Assembly: GCA_030390025.1 (NCBI GenBank)
Contig: JASTWF010000036.1
Span: 1 to 64,000, forward strand
Direction of reading: 5' to 3'
Source of the DNA: Squalus acanthias
Lineage: Eukaryota
Length of the DNA: 64,000 nucleotides
Part shown: piece after piece, positions 23,001-35,478 of the stretch
How the letters are laid out: the number at the start of each line of letters is the position of its first letter
Position numbering within the stretch: position 1 is the stretch's first letter
Program-made: the position numbers and the translations under genes
The notes under the pieces: model-generated
Told to the model about the DNA's origin: nothing
Databases searched by the model: none
Seen by the model: the letters and a program-made list of their open reading frames with translations, nothing else

Positions 23001-24708
23001 TGTACTGAAGGAGCGCCGCACTGTCGGAGGGGCGGTACTGAGGGAGCGCCGCACTGTCGGAGGGGCGGTACTGAGGGAGCGCCGCACTGTCAGAGGGGCG
23101 GTACTGAGGGAGCGCCGGTACTGAGGGAGCGCCGCACTGTCGGAGGGGCGGTACTGAGGGAGTGCCGCACTGTCGGAGGGGCAGTACTGAGGGAGCGCTG
23201 CACTGTCGGAGGGGCGGTACTGAGGGAGCGCCGCGCTGTCGGAGGGGCCAGTACTGAGGGAGCGTCGCACTGTCGGAGGGGCAGTACTGAGGGAGCGCCG
23301 CACTGTCGGAGGGGCGGTACTGAGGGAGCGCCGCTCTGTCGGATGGGCGGTACTGAGGGAGCGCCGCACTGTCGGAGGGGGCGGTACTGAGGGAGCGCCG
23401 CACTGTCGGAGGGGCGGTACTGAGGGAGCGCTGCACTGTCGGAGGGGCGGTACTGAGGGAGCGCCGCGCCGCACTGTCGGAGGGGCAGTACTGAGGGAGC
23501 GCCGCACTGTCGGAGGGGCGGTACTGAGGGAGCGCCACGCTGTCGGAGGGGCAGTACTGAGGGAGCGTCGCACTGTCGGAGGGGCAGTACTAAGGGAGCG
23601 CCGCACTGTCGGAGGGGCGGTACTGAGGGAGCGCCGCACTGTCGGAGGGGCGGTACTGAGGGAGCGCCGCACTGTCGGAGGGGGCGGTACTGAGGGAGCG
23701 CCGCACTGTCGGAGGGGGCGGTACTGAGGGAGCGCCGCACTGTCGGAGGGGCCAGTACTGAGGGAGCGCCGCACTGTCGGAGGGGCGGTACTGAGGGAGC
23801 GCCGCACTGTCGGAGGGGCGGTACTGAGGGAGCGCCACGCTGTCGGAGGGGCAGTACTGAGGGAGCGTCGCGCTGTCGGAGGGGCAGTACTAAGGGAGCG
23901 CCGCACTGTCGGAGGGGCGGTACTGAGGGAGCGCCGCACTGTCGGAGGGGCGGTACTGAGGGAGCGCCGCACTGTCGGAGGGGGCGGTACTGAGGGAGCG
24001 CCGCACTGTCAGAGGGGCCAGTACTGAGGGAGCGCCGCACTGTCGGAGGGGCGGTACTGAGGGAGCGCTGCACTGTCGGAGGGGCGGTACTGAGGGAGCG
24101 CCGCGCCGCACTGTCGGAGGGGCAGTACTGAGGGAGCGCCGCACTGTCGGAGGGGCGGTACTGAGGGAGCGCCACGCTGTCGGAGGGGCAGTACTGAGGG
24201 AGCGTCGCACTGTCGGAGGGGCAGTACTAAGGGAGCGCCGCACTGTCGGAGGGGCGGTACTGAGGGAGCGCCGCACTGTCGGAGGGGCGGTACTGAGGGA
24301 GCGCCGCACTGTCGGAGGGGGCGGTACTGAGGGAGCGCCGCACTGTCGGAGGGGGCGGTACTGAGGGAGCGCCACACTGTCGGAGGGGGCGGTACTGAGG
24401 GAGCGCTGCACTGTCGGAGGGGGCGGTACTGAGGGAGCGCCGCACTGTCGGAGGGGGCGGTACTGAGGGAGCGCCACACTGTTGGAGGGGCAGTGCTGAG
24501 GGAGTGCCGCACTGTCGGAGGGGGCGGTACTGAGGGAGCGCCGCACTGTCGGAGGGGGCGGTACTGAGGGAGCGCCGCACTGTCGGAGGGGCAGTGCTGA
24601 GGGAGTGCCGCACTGTCGGAGGGGCGGTACTGAGGGAGCGCCGCACTGTTGGAGGGAGCGGTACTGAGGGAGCGCCGCACTGTCGGAGGGGCTGTACTGA
24701 GGGAGCGC
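20005..24708 (+). repeat. SINE head followed by a 4.6-kb 33-bp minisatellite with higher-order structure
   Basis: B-box-like GGTTCGAGCCC at about 20013; about 140 units from 20060. Confidence 0.95.
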
Positions 24709-24951
24709 CTCTCCTCGTAACTTATCCCTTGGAGTCCGGGTATCGTTCTGGTAAACCTACGCTGCACTCCCTCCAAGGCCAATATATCCTTCCGAAGGTG
24801 TGGTGCCCAGAACTGCTGACAGTGCTCCAGCTGTGGTCTAACCAGGGCTTTGTATGTGTGTGTGCGCGCGCACGCGTGAGTATGCGCGTGTGCGTCAATA
24901 CTTGTGCTTGGTGTGCGTGTTGGTGAGGACTCCGCTCAAGCCCCATGACAC

Positions 24952-25580
24952 AGTACAGGAACAAGGATGTCGTGCTGCAGTTGTACAGGGCCTTGGTGAG
25001 ACCACGCCTTGAGTATTGTGTGCAGTTTTGGTCGCCTTATCTGAGGAAGGATGTTCTTGCCATGGAGGGAGTGCAGCGAAGATTCACCAGGCTGATACCT
25101 GGGATGGCAGGAATGACATATGAGGAGAGATTGGGTCGATTGGGCTTATACTCGCTGGAGTTTAGAAGAATGAGAGGAGATCTCATTGAAACTTATAAAA
25201 TTCTAACAGGACTAGACAGACTAGATGCAGGAAGGATGTTCTCGATGGCCGGAGAGTCCAGAACCAGGGGTCACAGTCTAAGGATAAGGGGTAAGCCATT
25301 TAGGACTGAGATGAGGAGGAATTTCTTCACCCAGAGAGTGGTGAACCTGTGGAATTCTCTACCACAGAAGGCAGATGAGGTCAATTCATTAAATATATTC
25401 AAGAAGGAGTTGGATATATTTCTTAAGGCTAAAGGTATCAAGGGATACGGAGAGAAGGCAGGGACAGGGTACTGAATTTGGATGATCAGCCATGATCTCA
25501 TTGAATGGCGGAGCAGGCTCGAGGGGCTGAATGGCCTACTCCTGCTCCTATCTTCCATGTATGTTTCTATGTATGTCTAT
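24952..25580 (+). mobile_element. CR1 3' fragment
   Basis: Open ORF2 C-terminus to 25475 plus tail. Confidence 0.92.
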
Positions 25581-25700
25581 GACACTCACAACCGAGGCGC
25601 ACACGCACGCTTGGGCGGATGGTGTGGGATCTGCAACCCGGCGAGAGAGTCGGCGCTTCCAGGAGAGGGTGAGAAAAAGGGGACAGGATTGGAAGCCTAC

Positions 25701-25816
25701 TTGTAACCGGTCGGTGAGACTCCTTGACTGGCAGCAATGCCTCCTTGAGAATTCTTTTCCAGGACTAGCACATCTTTGCCATGTTCCTTGAGGTGCACAG
25801 TGTTTGCCTCCACATC
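25701..25816 (-). CDS. RAPGEF3: Epac1 exon [38 protein letters not shown](K)
   Basis: ccatag acceptor, GTAGG donor; contains the Epac VLVLE lid motif. Confidence 0.95.
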
Positions 25817-26032
25817 CTATGGGGCAAGACCAGAAACTTCAATCAGCCTCGGAGAGCAAGGGAAAAGAAAAATAGAATGAACTCGCATTTCTCCGGCGCC
25901 CTTCACGACCACCGGACGTCCCAAAGCGCTTCACAGCCAATGAAGTGCTTTTTTTTTTGGCAGTGCGGTCACTGTTGTAATGTAGGAAACGCGGCAGCCA
26001 ATTTGCGCACAGTAAGCTCCCACAAACAGCTC

Positions 26033-27472
26033 CCCACTATTCAAAAAGGGTGGTAGAGAGAAAGCGGGGAATTACAGACCGGTAAGCCTGACATCGGTAG
26101 TGGGGAAAATGCTAGAGTCCATTATAAAGGATGTAATAGCTGAGCACTTGGAAAACAGTGACAGGATCGGACAAAGTCAACATGGATTTACAAAAGGTAA
26201 ATCGTGCTTGACTAATCTACTGGAATTTTTTGAGGATGTAACTGGGAAAATAGATAAGGGAGAACCAGTAGATGTGGTGTATTTGGACTTTCAAAAGGCT
26301 TTCGATAAGGTCCCGCATAAGAAATTAGCGTGTAAAGTTAACGCACATGGGATTGGGGGCAAGGTATTGACTTGGATAGAGAACTGGTTGGCGGACAGAA
26401 AGCAGAGAGTAGGAATTAATGGGTCTTTTTCCGAGTGGCAAGCAGTGACTAGTGGGGTACCGCAGGGATCAGTCCTTGGACCCCAGCTATTCACAATATA
26501 CATTAATGATCTAGATAAGGGAACTAAATGTAATATCTCCAAGTTTGCAGATGACACAAAGTTGGCTGGGAGTGTGTGCTGCGAGGAGGATACCGAGAAA
26601 CTCCAGGATGATTTGGACAGGTTGGGTGAGTGGGTAGAAGCGCGGCAGATGCAATATAACGTGGATAAATGCGAGGTTATCCACTTTGGTGTCAAAAACA
26701 GAAAGGCAGACTATTATCTGAATGGCAATAGATTAGGAGAAGGGGAAGTGCAACGAGACCTGGGTGTCCTTGTGCACCAGTCGCTGAAGGTAAGCATGCA
26801 GGTGCAGCAGGCGGTGAAGAAGGCAAGTGGTATGTTGGCCTTCATAGCGAAAGGGTTTGAGTATAGGAACAGGGATGTCGTGCTGCAGTTGTACAGGGCC
26901 TTGGTGAGACCACACCTTGAGTACTGTGTGCAGTTTTGGTCGCCTTATCTGAGGAAGGATGTTCTTGCCATGGAAGGAGTTCAGCGAAGATTCACAAGGC
27001 TGATACCTGGGATGGCAGGAATGACATATGAGGAGAGATTGAGTCGATTGGGCTTATATTCGCTGGAGTATAGAAGAATGAGAAGGGATCTCATCGAAAC
27101 ATATAAAATTCTGACAGGTCTGGACAAACTAGATGCAGGAAGGATGTTCCCGATGGTCGGAGAGTCCAGAACCAGGGGTCACAGTCGAAGGATAAGGGGT
27201 AAGCCATTTAGGACTGAGATGAGGAGGAATTTCTTCACCCAGAGAGTGGTGAACCTGTGGAATTCTCTACCACAGAAGGCAGTTGAGGCCAAGTCATTAA
27301 ATATATTCAAGAATGAGTTAGATATATTTCTTAAAGCTAAAGGGATCAAGGGATATGGGGAGAAGGCAGGTACAGGGTACTGAGTTTGGATGATCAGCCA
27401 TGATCTCATCGAATGGCGGAGCAGGCTCGAGGGGCCGAATGGCCTACTCCTGCTCCTATCTTCTATGTTTCT
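26033..27472 (+). mobile_element. 5'-truncated CR1 LINE with an uninterrupted reverse-transcriptase frame (26100-27383), flanked by minus-strand Deu-SINE pieces
   Basis: QHGF..GKSCLTNL, YLDFQKAFDKVPH, GVPQGSVLGP and FADD motifs; no endonuclease domain. Confidence 0.95.
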
Positions 27473-27869
27473 AAGCGATTCACAGCCAATTAAGTACTTT
27501 TTTTTTGAAGTGTGGTCACTGTTGTAATGTAGGAAACGTGGAGGCCAATTTGCGCACAGCAAGCTCCCACAAACAGCAACGTGATATTTGACCAGATAAT
27601 CTGTTTTTTTAGTGATGTTGGTCGAAGGATAAATATTGGCCCCAGGACACCGGGGAGAACTCCCCCCCACTTGCGCTTCTTCGAAATAGTGGCCGTGGGA
27701 TCTTTTACGTCCAATTGAGAGGGCAGACGGGGCCTCGGTTTAATGTCGCATCTGCAAGTCGATGTCACTAAGATCTGTATAGGGACCAGCCACATAAATA
27801 CCGTGGCTACAAGAACATTTAAAGGGGGTGCAGGAACGGAGGGACCTGGGGATATATGTGCACAAATCA

Positions 27870-28705
27870 TGTAGCAAGACCTGGACGACATTCAGGCTTG
27901 GGCTGATAAATGGCAGGTTACATTCGCGCCACACAAGTGCCAGGCAATGACTATCTCCAACAAGCGAGAGTCTAACCACCGCCCCTTGACATTCAACGGA
28001 ATTACCATCGTCGAATCCCCCCACCATCAACATCCTGGGGGGGTCACCATTAACCAGAAACTTAACAGGACCAGCCACATAAATACTGTGGCAACAAGAG
28101 CAGGTCAGAGGCTGGGTATTCTGCGGCGAGTGTCTCACCTCCTGACTCCCCAAAGTCTTTCCACCATCTACAAGGCACAAGTCAGGAGTGTGATGGAATA
28201 CTCTCCACTTGCCCGGATGAGTGCAGCTCCAACCACACTCAAGAAGCTCGACACCATCCAGGGCAAAGCAGCCCGCTTGATTGGCACCCCATCCACCACC
28301 TTAAACATTCACTCCCTCCACCACCGGCGCACCGTGGCTGCAGTGTATACCATCTACAAGATGCACTGCAGCAACTCGCCAAGGCTTCTTCGGCAGCACC
28401 TCCCAAACCCGCGACCTCTTCCACCTAGAAGGACAAGGGCAGCAGGCGCATGGGAACACCATCGCCTCCAAGTTCCCCTCCAAGTCACACACCATCCCGA
28501 CTGGGAAAGATATCGCCGATCCTTCATCGTCGCTGGGTCAAAATCCTGGAACTCCCTCCCTAACAGCACTGTGGGAGCACCTTCACCACACGGGACTGCA
28601 GCGGTTTAAGAAGGCGGCTCACCACCACCTTCTCAAGGGGCGACTAGGGATGGGCAATAAATGCCGGCCTTGCCAGGGACGTCCACATCCCAGGAACGAG
28701 TAAAA
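27870..28705 (+). mobile_element. 3' fragment of a second CR1-group LINE family (WQVTFAPHKC); other copies at 29380-29796(-), 43200-43990(+), 47415-47625(-)
   Basis: RT thumb peptides IYKAQVRSVMEYSP, LDTIQ.KAARLI, WNSLP; frameshifted. Confidence 0.85.
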
Positions 28706-28709
28706 AAGA

Positions 28710-29375
28710 AAGGTGGCAGGACAGGTTAACAAAGCAGTTAATGAAGCATATTGGGTTCCTGGACTTTATAACAAATTCAGGAAGTTATGTTAAACCTTTA
28801 TAAAACATCAGTTCAGCCTCAGCTGGAGCATTGTGTCCCCTATTCTGGGCACCGCACTTTAGGAAGGAAGTGAAAGCTTTGGAGAGGGTGCGGAGGAGAT
28901 TGACCAGAATGGTACCAGGGGATGAGGGACTTCAGTTACGTGGAGAGACTGGAGAAGCTGGGATTGTTCTCCTTAGAGCAGAGAAGGTTAAGAGGAGATT
29001 TAATAGAGGCGTTCAAAATCATGAAGGGTTTAGACCGAGTAAATAAGGAGAAACTGTTTCCAGTGGCTGAAGGGTCGGTAACCAGAGGGCACAGATTTAA
29101 GGTGATTGGCAAAAGGACCAGATGGGGAGATGAGGAAAAACTTTTTTACGCAGCGAGTTGTTATGATCTGGAAAGCGCTGCCTGATAGGGCGGTGGAAAC
29201 AGATTCAATAGTAGCCTTCGAAAGAGGAATTGGATAAATACTTGAAGGAGAAAAAATTACAGGGATTTGGGGAAAGAGCAGGGGGAGCGGGATAACTGGG
29301 TCGCTCTTCGAAAGAGCCGGCGCAGACTCGATGGGCCGAATGGCCTCCTTCTGTGCTGTACTATTCTACGATTCT
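28710..29375 (+). mobile_element. CR1 3' fragment
   Basis: ORF2 C-terminal peptides. Confidence 0.85.
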
Positions 29376-29855
29376 GGGTCAGTGCGCCGGTGGTGGAGGG
29401 AGTGAATGTTTTAAGGTGGTGGATGGGGTGCCCATCAAGCGGGCTTGCTTTGCCCTGGATGGTGTCGAGCTTCTTGAGTGTTGTTGGAGCTGCAACTCAT
29501 CCAGGCAAGTGGAGAGTATTCCATCACATTCCTTGACTTGTGCCTTGCAGATGGTGGAAAGGCTTTGGGGGAGTCAGGAGGTGAGACACTCGCCGCAGAA
29601 TACCCAGCCTCTGACCTGCTCTTGTAGCCACAGTATTTCTGTGGCTGGTCCAGTTGAGTTTCTGGTCAATGGCGACCCCCCAGGATGTTGATGGTGGGGG
29701 GGATTCGGCGATGATGAAGCCGTTGAATGTCAAGGGGCGGTGGTTAGACGCTCGCTTGTTGGAGATGGTCACTGCCTGGCACTTGCGTGGCGCGCATATC
29801 CCTTGATGAGCAGGAGGGGAGGAGAGGGGGGAGATTGACGGACGCGATTCCTTAC

Positions 29856-30002
29856 CCGCAAGATGCGATTGAAGTCCTTCTTGTCCACCCGGAGAAAGTG
29901 GCAGTCGTCCTCTCGGAGGATGATGGTAGCGGACCGTGGAGCCTCATTCACCAAAGCCAGCTCCCCAAAATCATCGCCCTCGTGCAAGGTGCTCACCAGT
30001 CC
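29856..30002 (-). CDS. RAPGEF3: Epac1 CNB/phosphate-binding-cassette exon [49 protein letters not shown]
   Basis: cacag acceptor, GTAAG donor, 147 nt, phase 0/0; highly similar to the Epac CNB domain. Confidence 0.97.
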
Positions 30003-30284
30003 CTGTGTGGGGGGCGGACAATCCCAGTCGTTACAATCGTGGCGGACGCACCTCGGCTCGTTGTTTCTTCCGCGGGTCCCCCTTCCTTTTTTTTGGGGGG
30101 GGGGGGGGTCGGGGAGGTGGGAACAGGAGCACAGTCCGATCCCACTCCCCCCACCCCAACGTAATTGGCTCTTGACTGAATTGGGTCTAGTGAGCACCTC
30201 AGTTGTATCCATACATCCCACCACCATCATCTTCTCAAGGGGCAACTAGGGGGAGGGGCGATGAATGCCGACCCTGTCAGCGTT

Positions 30285-32705
30285 TTAGGAACAGGAGGAG
30301 GCCATTCAGCCCCTCGAGCCTGTTACATTAGGAACAGGAGGAGGCCATTCAGCCCCTCGAGCCTGTTCCATTAGGAACAGGAGGAAGCCATTCAGCCCCT
30401 CGAGCCTGTTACATTAGGAACAGGAGGAGGCCATTCAGCCCCTCGAGCCTGTTACATTAGGAACAGGAGGAGGCCGTTCAGCCCCCCTCGAGCCTGTTAC
30501 ATTAGGAACAGGAGGAGGCCATTCAGCCCCTCGAGCCTGTTACATTAGGAACAGGAGGAGGCCATTCAGCCCCTCGAGCCTGTTCCATTAGGAACAGGAG
30601 GAAGCCATTCAGCCCCTCGAGCCTGTTACATTAGGAACAGGAGGAGGCCATTCAGCCCCTCGAGCCTGTTCCATTAGGAACAGGAGGAGGCCATTCAGCC
30701 CCTCGAGCCTGTTACATTAGGAACAGGAGGAGGCCATTCAGCCCCTCGAGCCTGTTACATTAGGAACAGGAGGAGGCCATTCAGCCCCTCGAGCCTGTTC
30801 CATTAGGAACAGGAGGAAGCCATTCAGCCCCTCGAGCCTGTTACATTAGGAACAGGAGGAGGCCATTCAGCCCCCCTCGAGCCTGTTACATTAGGAACAG
30901 GAGGAGGCCATTCAGCCCCCCTCGAGCCTGTTACATTAGGAACAGGAGGAGGCCATTCAGCCCCTCGAGCCTGTTCCATTAGGAACAGGAGGAAGCCATT
31001 CAGCCCCTCGAGCCTGTTACATTAGGAACAGGAGGAGGCCATTCAGCCCCTCGAGCCTGTTACATTAGGAACAGGAGGAGGCCATTCAGCCCCTCGAGCC
31101 TGTTCCATTAGGAACAGGAGGAAGCCATTCAGCCCCTCGAGCCTGTTACATTAGGAACAGGAGGAGGCCATTCAGCCCCCCTCGAGCCTGTTACATTAGG
31201 AACAGGAGGAGGCCATTCAGCCCCCCTCGAGCCTGTTACATTAGGAACAGGAGACGACCATTCAGCCCCTCTCGAGCCTGTTACATTAGGAACAGGAGGA
31301 GGCCATTCAGCCCTCCTAGAGCCTGTTACATTAGGAACAGGAGGAGGGCATTCAGCCCCTCGAGTCTGTTACATTAGGAACAGGAGGAGGCCATTCAGCC
31401 CCCCTCGAGCCTGTTACATTAGGAACAGGAGGAGACCATTCAGCCCCTCTCGAGCCTGTTACATTAGGAACAGGAGGAAGCCATTCAGCCCCCCTCGAGC
31501 CTTTTATATTAGGAACAGGAGGAGGCCATTCAGCCCCCTCGAACCTGTTACATTAGGAACAGGAGGAGGCCATTCAGCCCCTCTCGAGCCTGTTACATTA
31601 GGAACAGGAGGAGGCCATTCAGCCCCCCTCGAGCCTGTTACATTAGGAACAGGAGACGACCATTCAGCCCCTCTCGAGCCTGTTACATTAGGAACAGGAG
31701 GAGGGCATTCAGCCCCTCGAGTCTGTTACATTAGGAACAGGAGGAGGCCATTCAGCCCCCTCGAGCCTGTTACATTAGGAACAGGAGGAGGCCATTCAGC
31801 CCCCCTCGAGCCTGTTACATTAGGAACAGGAGGAGACCATTCAGCCCCTCTCGAGCCTGTTACATTAGGAACAGGAGGAAGCCATTCAGCCCCCCTCGAG
31901 CCTTTTATATTAGGAACAGGAGGAGGCCATTCAGCCCCCTCGAACCTGTTACATTAGGAACAGGAGGAGGCCATTCAGCCCCTCTCGAGCCTGTTACATT
32001 AGGAACAGGAGGAGGCCATTCAGCCCCCCTCGAGCCTGTTACATTAGGAACAGGAGGAGGCCATTCAGCCCCCCTCGAGCCTGTTACATTAGGAACAGGA
32101 GGAGGCCATTCAGCCCCCCTCGAGCCTGTTACATTAGGAACAGGAGGAGGCCATTCAGTCCCCTCGAGCCTGTTACATTAGGAACAGGAGGAGGCCATTC
32201 AGCCCCTAGAGCCTGTTACATTAGGAACAGGAGGAGGCCATTCAGACCCCTGGAGCCTGTTACATTAGGAACAGGAGGAGGTCATTCCGCCCCTCGATCC
32301 TGTTACACAGGAACAGCAGGAGGCCATTCAGCCCCCTCGAGCCTGTTACATTCGGAACAGGAGGAGGCCATTCAGCCCATCGAGCCTGTTCTGCCATTCA
32401 GTCAGATGGTAGCTGATCTGTATCTTAGCTCCCTTTACCTGCCTTGGTTCCGTAACCCTTAATGCCCTTACCCAACAAAAATCTATCAATCTCAGTCTTG
32501 AAATTTCCAATTGACCCCCAGCCTCGACAGCTTTTTTGGGGGAGAGAGTTCTTGATTTCCACCACCCTTTGTGTGAAGAAGTGCTTCCTGACATCACCCC
32601 TGAACGGCCTGGCTCCAATTTTAAGGTTAAGCCCCCCTTGTTCTGGACTCCCCCCACCAGAGGAAATCGTTTCTCTCTATCGACCCGATCGAATCCTTTA
32701 ATCAT
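30285..32705 (-). repeat. CR1 fragment (32390-32705) whose 3' end is amplified into about 2.1 kb of 43-45 bp units
   Basis: Reverse complement of the 730-1168 unit, about 47 copies. Confidence 0.93.
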
Positions 32706-32711
32706 CCCTTA

Positions 32712-33410
32712 ATCACAAAAGCTAGTATGCAGGTACAGCAAGCAATTAGGAAGGCAAATGGCCTGTTGGCCTTTATTGCAAGGGGGTTGGAGTATAAGAG
32801 TAAGGAAGTCTTGCTACAGTTGTACAGGGCCTTGGTGAGACCACACCTGGAGTATTGTGCACAGTTTTGGTCTCCTTATCTAAGGTAGGACATACTTGCC
32901 TTGGAGGGAGTGCAACGAAGGTTCACCAGATTGATTCCTGGGATGAGAGGGGCTGTCCTATGAGGAGAGATTGTGTAGAATCGGCCTGTACTCTCTGGAG
33001 TTTAGAAGAATGAGAGGTGATCTCATTGAAACATACAAGATTCTGAGAGGGATTGACAGGGTAGATGCTGAGAGATTGTTTCCCCCCTGGCTGGAGAGTC
33101 TAGAACCAGGGGTCACAGTCTCAGGATAAGGGGTCGGCCATATATGACTGAGATGAGGAGGAATTTCTTCACTCAGAGGGTTGTGAATCTTTGGAATTCT
33201 CTACCCCAGAGGGCTGTGGATGCTCAGTCTTTGAGTATATTCAAGGCTGAGATGGATAGATTTTTGGACTCTAGGGGAATCAAGGGATATGGGGATCGGG
33301 CGGGAAAGTGGAGTTGAGGTCGATGATCAGCCATGATCTCATTGAATGGTGGAGCAGGCTCGAGGGGCCGAATGGCCGACTCCTGCTCCTGTTTCTTTTG
33401 TTCCTGTGTT
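32712..33410 (+). mobile_element. CR1 3' fragment
   Basis: Degenerate ORF2 C-terminus. Confidence 0.88.
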
Positions 33411-33637
33411 ACAAAGAGATTGTCTGAGAGCGGGGGTCTGGTTATAATGGTGATTGAGTCAAAGAGAATTCTCCAGCGCCGATGCAGTAACACTCCCGAC
33501 CCCAAGACCACTGCACCCGTGGGACACCTCATGGAGGAGAAGACAGGTTGTGGGTTTAGTAGCCTAACAATAGAAACCGTGAAACTCGCTGGGAATCAGC
33601 AGATGGGGATGGGATTGAAAGACGGAATAGTCGGTAC

Positions 33638-33714
33638 CTTTCTCTGGGTGAGAACATTGACAGACCCTCTCCAGATGATGTACCAGGATGCTGCACTGTC
33701 TCCTTGGCTGAACA
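33638..33714 (-). CDS. RAPGEF3: Epac1 CNB exon (L)FSQGDSAASWYIIWRGSVNVLTQRK
   Basis: ccacag acceptor, GTACCG donor; matches human LFSQGDKGTSWYIIWKGSVNVVTHGK. Confidence 0.95.
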
Positions 33715-33765
33715 CTGTGGACAAAAAGGGAGGAAACGGTCAAACAAGAGGTTTATTTATTATAG

Positions 33766-33990
33766 GAAGGGAGGGGGAGAGAGGGAGAAGGAGAGGGGGA
33801 GGGGGAGGGGGAGGGAGAGAGACAGGGAAGGGGAGACAGGGAAGGGGAGACAGGGAGGGAGGGAGGGAGGGGGAGAGAGGGAGAGAGAGAGAGAGGGAGA
33901 GGGGAGAGGGAGGGAGAGAGAGGGAGAGAGAGGGAGGAAGGGAGAGAAAGGGAGAGAGAGGGAGGAAGGGAGAGAGAGAGGGAAGGAGGA
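33766..33990. repeat. Polypurine (GA/GGA) tract
   Basis: Almost pure G/A. Confidence 0.9.
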
Positions 33991-34044
33991 GTCTAATGGC
34001 CCTCTCTCCGTGTGATGACGAGGGACAGCGCAGCCTCTACTCAC

Positions 34045-34105
34045 ACACAGTCCCGGCCTTGGGGTGCGATTCGAAGTGGAGAACTGCAGCCAGCTGCCTC
34101 TTCAC
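34045..34105 (-). CDS. RAPGEF3: Epac1 exon VKRQLAAVLHFESHPKAGTV
   Basis: ttgcag acceptor, GTGAGT donor; matches human VKRELAAVLLFEPHSKAGTV. Confidence 0.95.
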
Positions 34106-34149
34106 CTGCAATCGCAAAGAGACAAAGATTAGAGCGATTTAAACTGGTG

Positions 34150-35478
34150 TCATTCGGCCCATCGAGTCCGTGCCGGCTCTCTGTAGAGCAATCCAGTCAG
34201 TCTCATTCCCCCGCTCTCTCCCCGTAGCCCTGCAAGTTTATTTCCTAGTATCCCGTATGCCTTCTTAATCGCCTTATCTACCTGTCCTGCTACCTTCAGG
34301 GATCTGTGGACATGTGTTCCAAGGTCCCTCTGATCCTCTGCACTTCTCAGTGTCCTACCATTTATTGTGTATTCCCTTGGGGGTAATATACTGGCATGGA
34401 TTGAAAATTGGTTAACAGACAGGAAACAGAGAGTAGGAATAAATGGGTCTTTTTCGGGGTGGCAGGCGGTGACCAGTGGGGTACCGCAGGGATCAGCGCT
34501 TGGGCCCTGGCTATTCACAATATATATCAATGATTTGGATGAGGGAACCAAAGGTAATATTTCCAAGTTTGCTGACGACACGAAACTAGGTGGGATTGTG
34601 AGTTGTGAGGAGGATGCAAAGAGGCTTCAAGGCGATTTAGACAAGTTGAGTGAGTGGGCAAATACATGGCAGATGCAGTATAACGTGGATAAATGTGAAG
34701 TTATCCACTTCGGTAGAAAAAACAGAAAGGTAGAGTATTATTTAAATGGTGATAGATTGGGAAATGTTGATGTACAGAGGGACCTGGGTGTCCTTGTACA
34801 CCAGTCACTGAAAGCAAACATGCAGGTGCAGCAAGCAGTTCGGAAGGCAAATGGTATGTTGGCCTTCATTGCAAGAGGATTTGAGTACAGGAGCAAGGAT
34901 GTCTTACTACAGTTATACAGGGCCTTGGTGAGACCACACCTGGAGTACTGGGTGCAGTTTTGGTCTCCTTACCTAAGAAAGGATATACTTGCCATAGAGG
35001 GAGTGCAGCGAAAGTTCACCAGACTGATTCCTGGGATGGCAGGACTGTCGTATGAGGAGAGACTGGGTCGACTAGGCCTGTATTCACTAGAGTTTAGAAG
35101 AATGAGAGGGGATCTCATTGAAACGTATAAAATTCTGACAGGGCTAGACAGACTGGATGCAGGGAGGATGTTTCCCCTGGCTGGGGTGGGGGGGGGGGGG
35201 GTCTAGAACGAGGGGTCACAGTCTCAGGATACGGGGTCGGACATTTAGGACTGAGATGAGGAGAAATGTCTTCACTCAGAGGCTATGGAGGCCAAGTCAC
35301 TGAATATATTTAAGAAGGAGATAGATAGATTTCTAGACACAAAAGGCATCAAGGGGGTATGGGGAGAGAGCGGGAATATGGTATTGAGATAGAGGATCAG
35401 CCATGATCATATTGAATGGCGGAGCAGGCTCGAAGGGCCGAATGGCCGACTCCTGCTCCTATTTTCTATGTTTCTATG
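34150..35478. mobile_element. CR1 RT fragment (+, 34379-35478) preceded by minus-strand CR1 pieces
   Basis: GVPQGS.LGP and FADD motifs; frameshift at the poly-G near 35190. Confidence 0.92.

Noticed and set aside
19892..24782. Very long ORFs (up to 886 aa) of TAPPTVRRSLS, PSDSAALPQY and LRQCGAPSV repeats
   Set aside because: They are translations of a stop-poor 33-bp intronic minisatellite. The same applies at 10-11, 16-17, 42, 48-51 and 60-62 kb.
26100..27383. Autonomous or domesticated reverse transcriptase gene
   Set aside because: It is a 5'-truncated CR1 lacking endonuclease, ORF1 and promoter.
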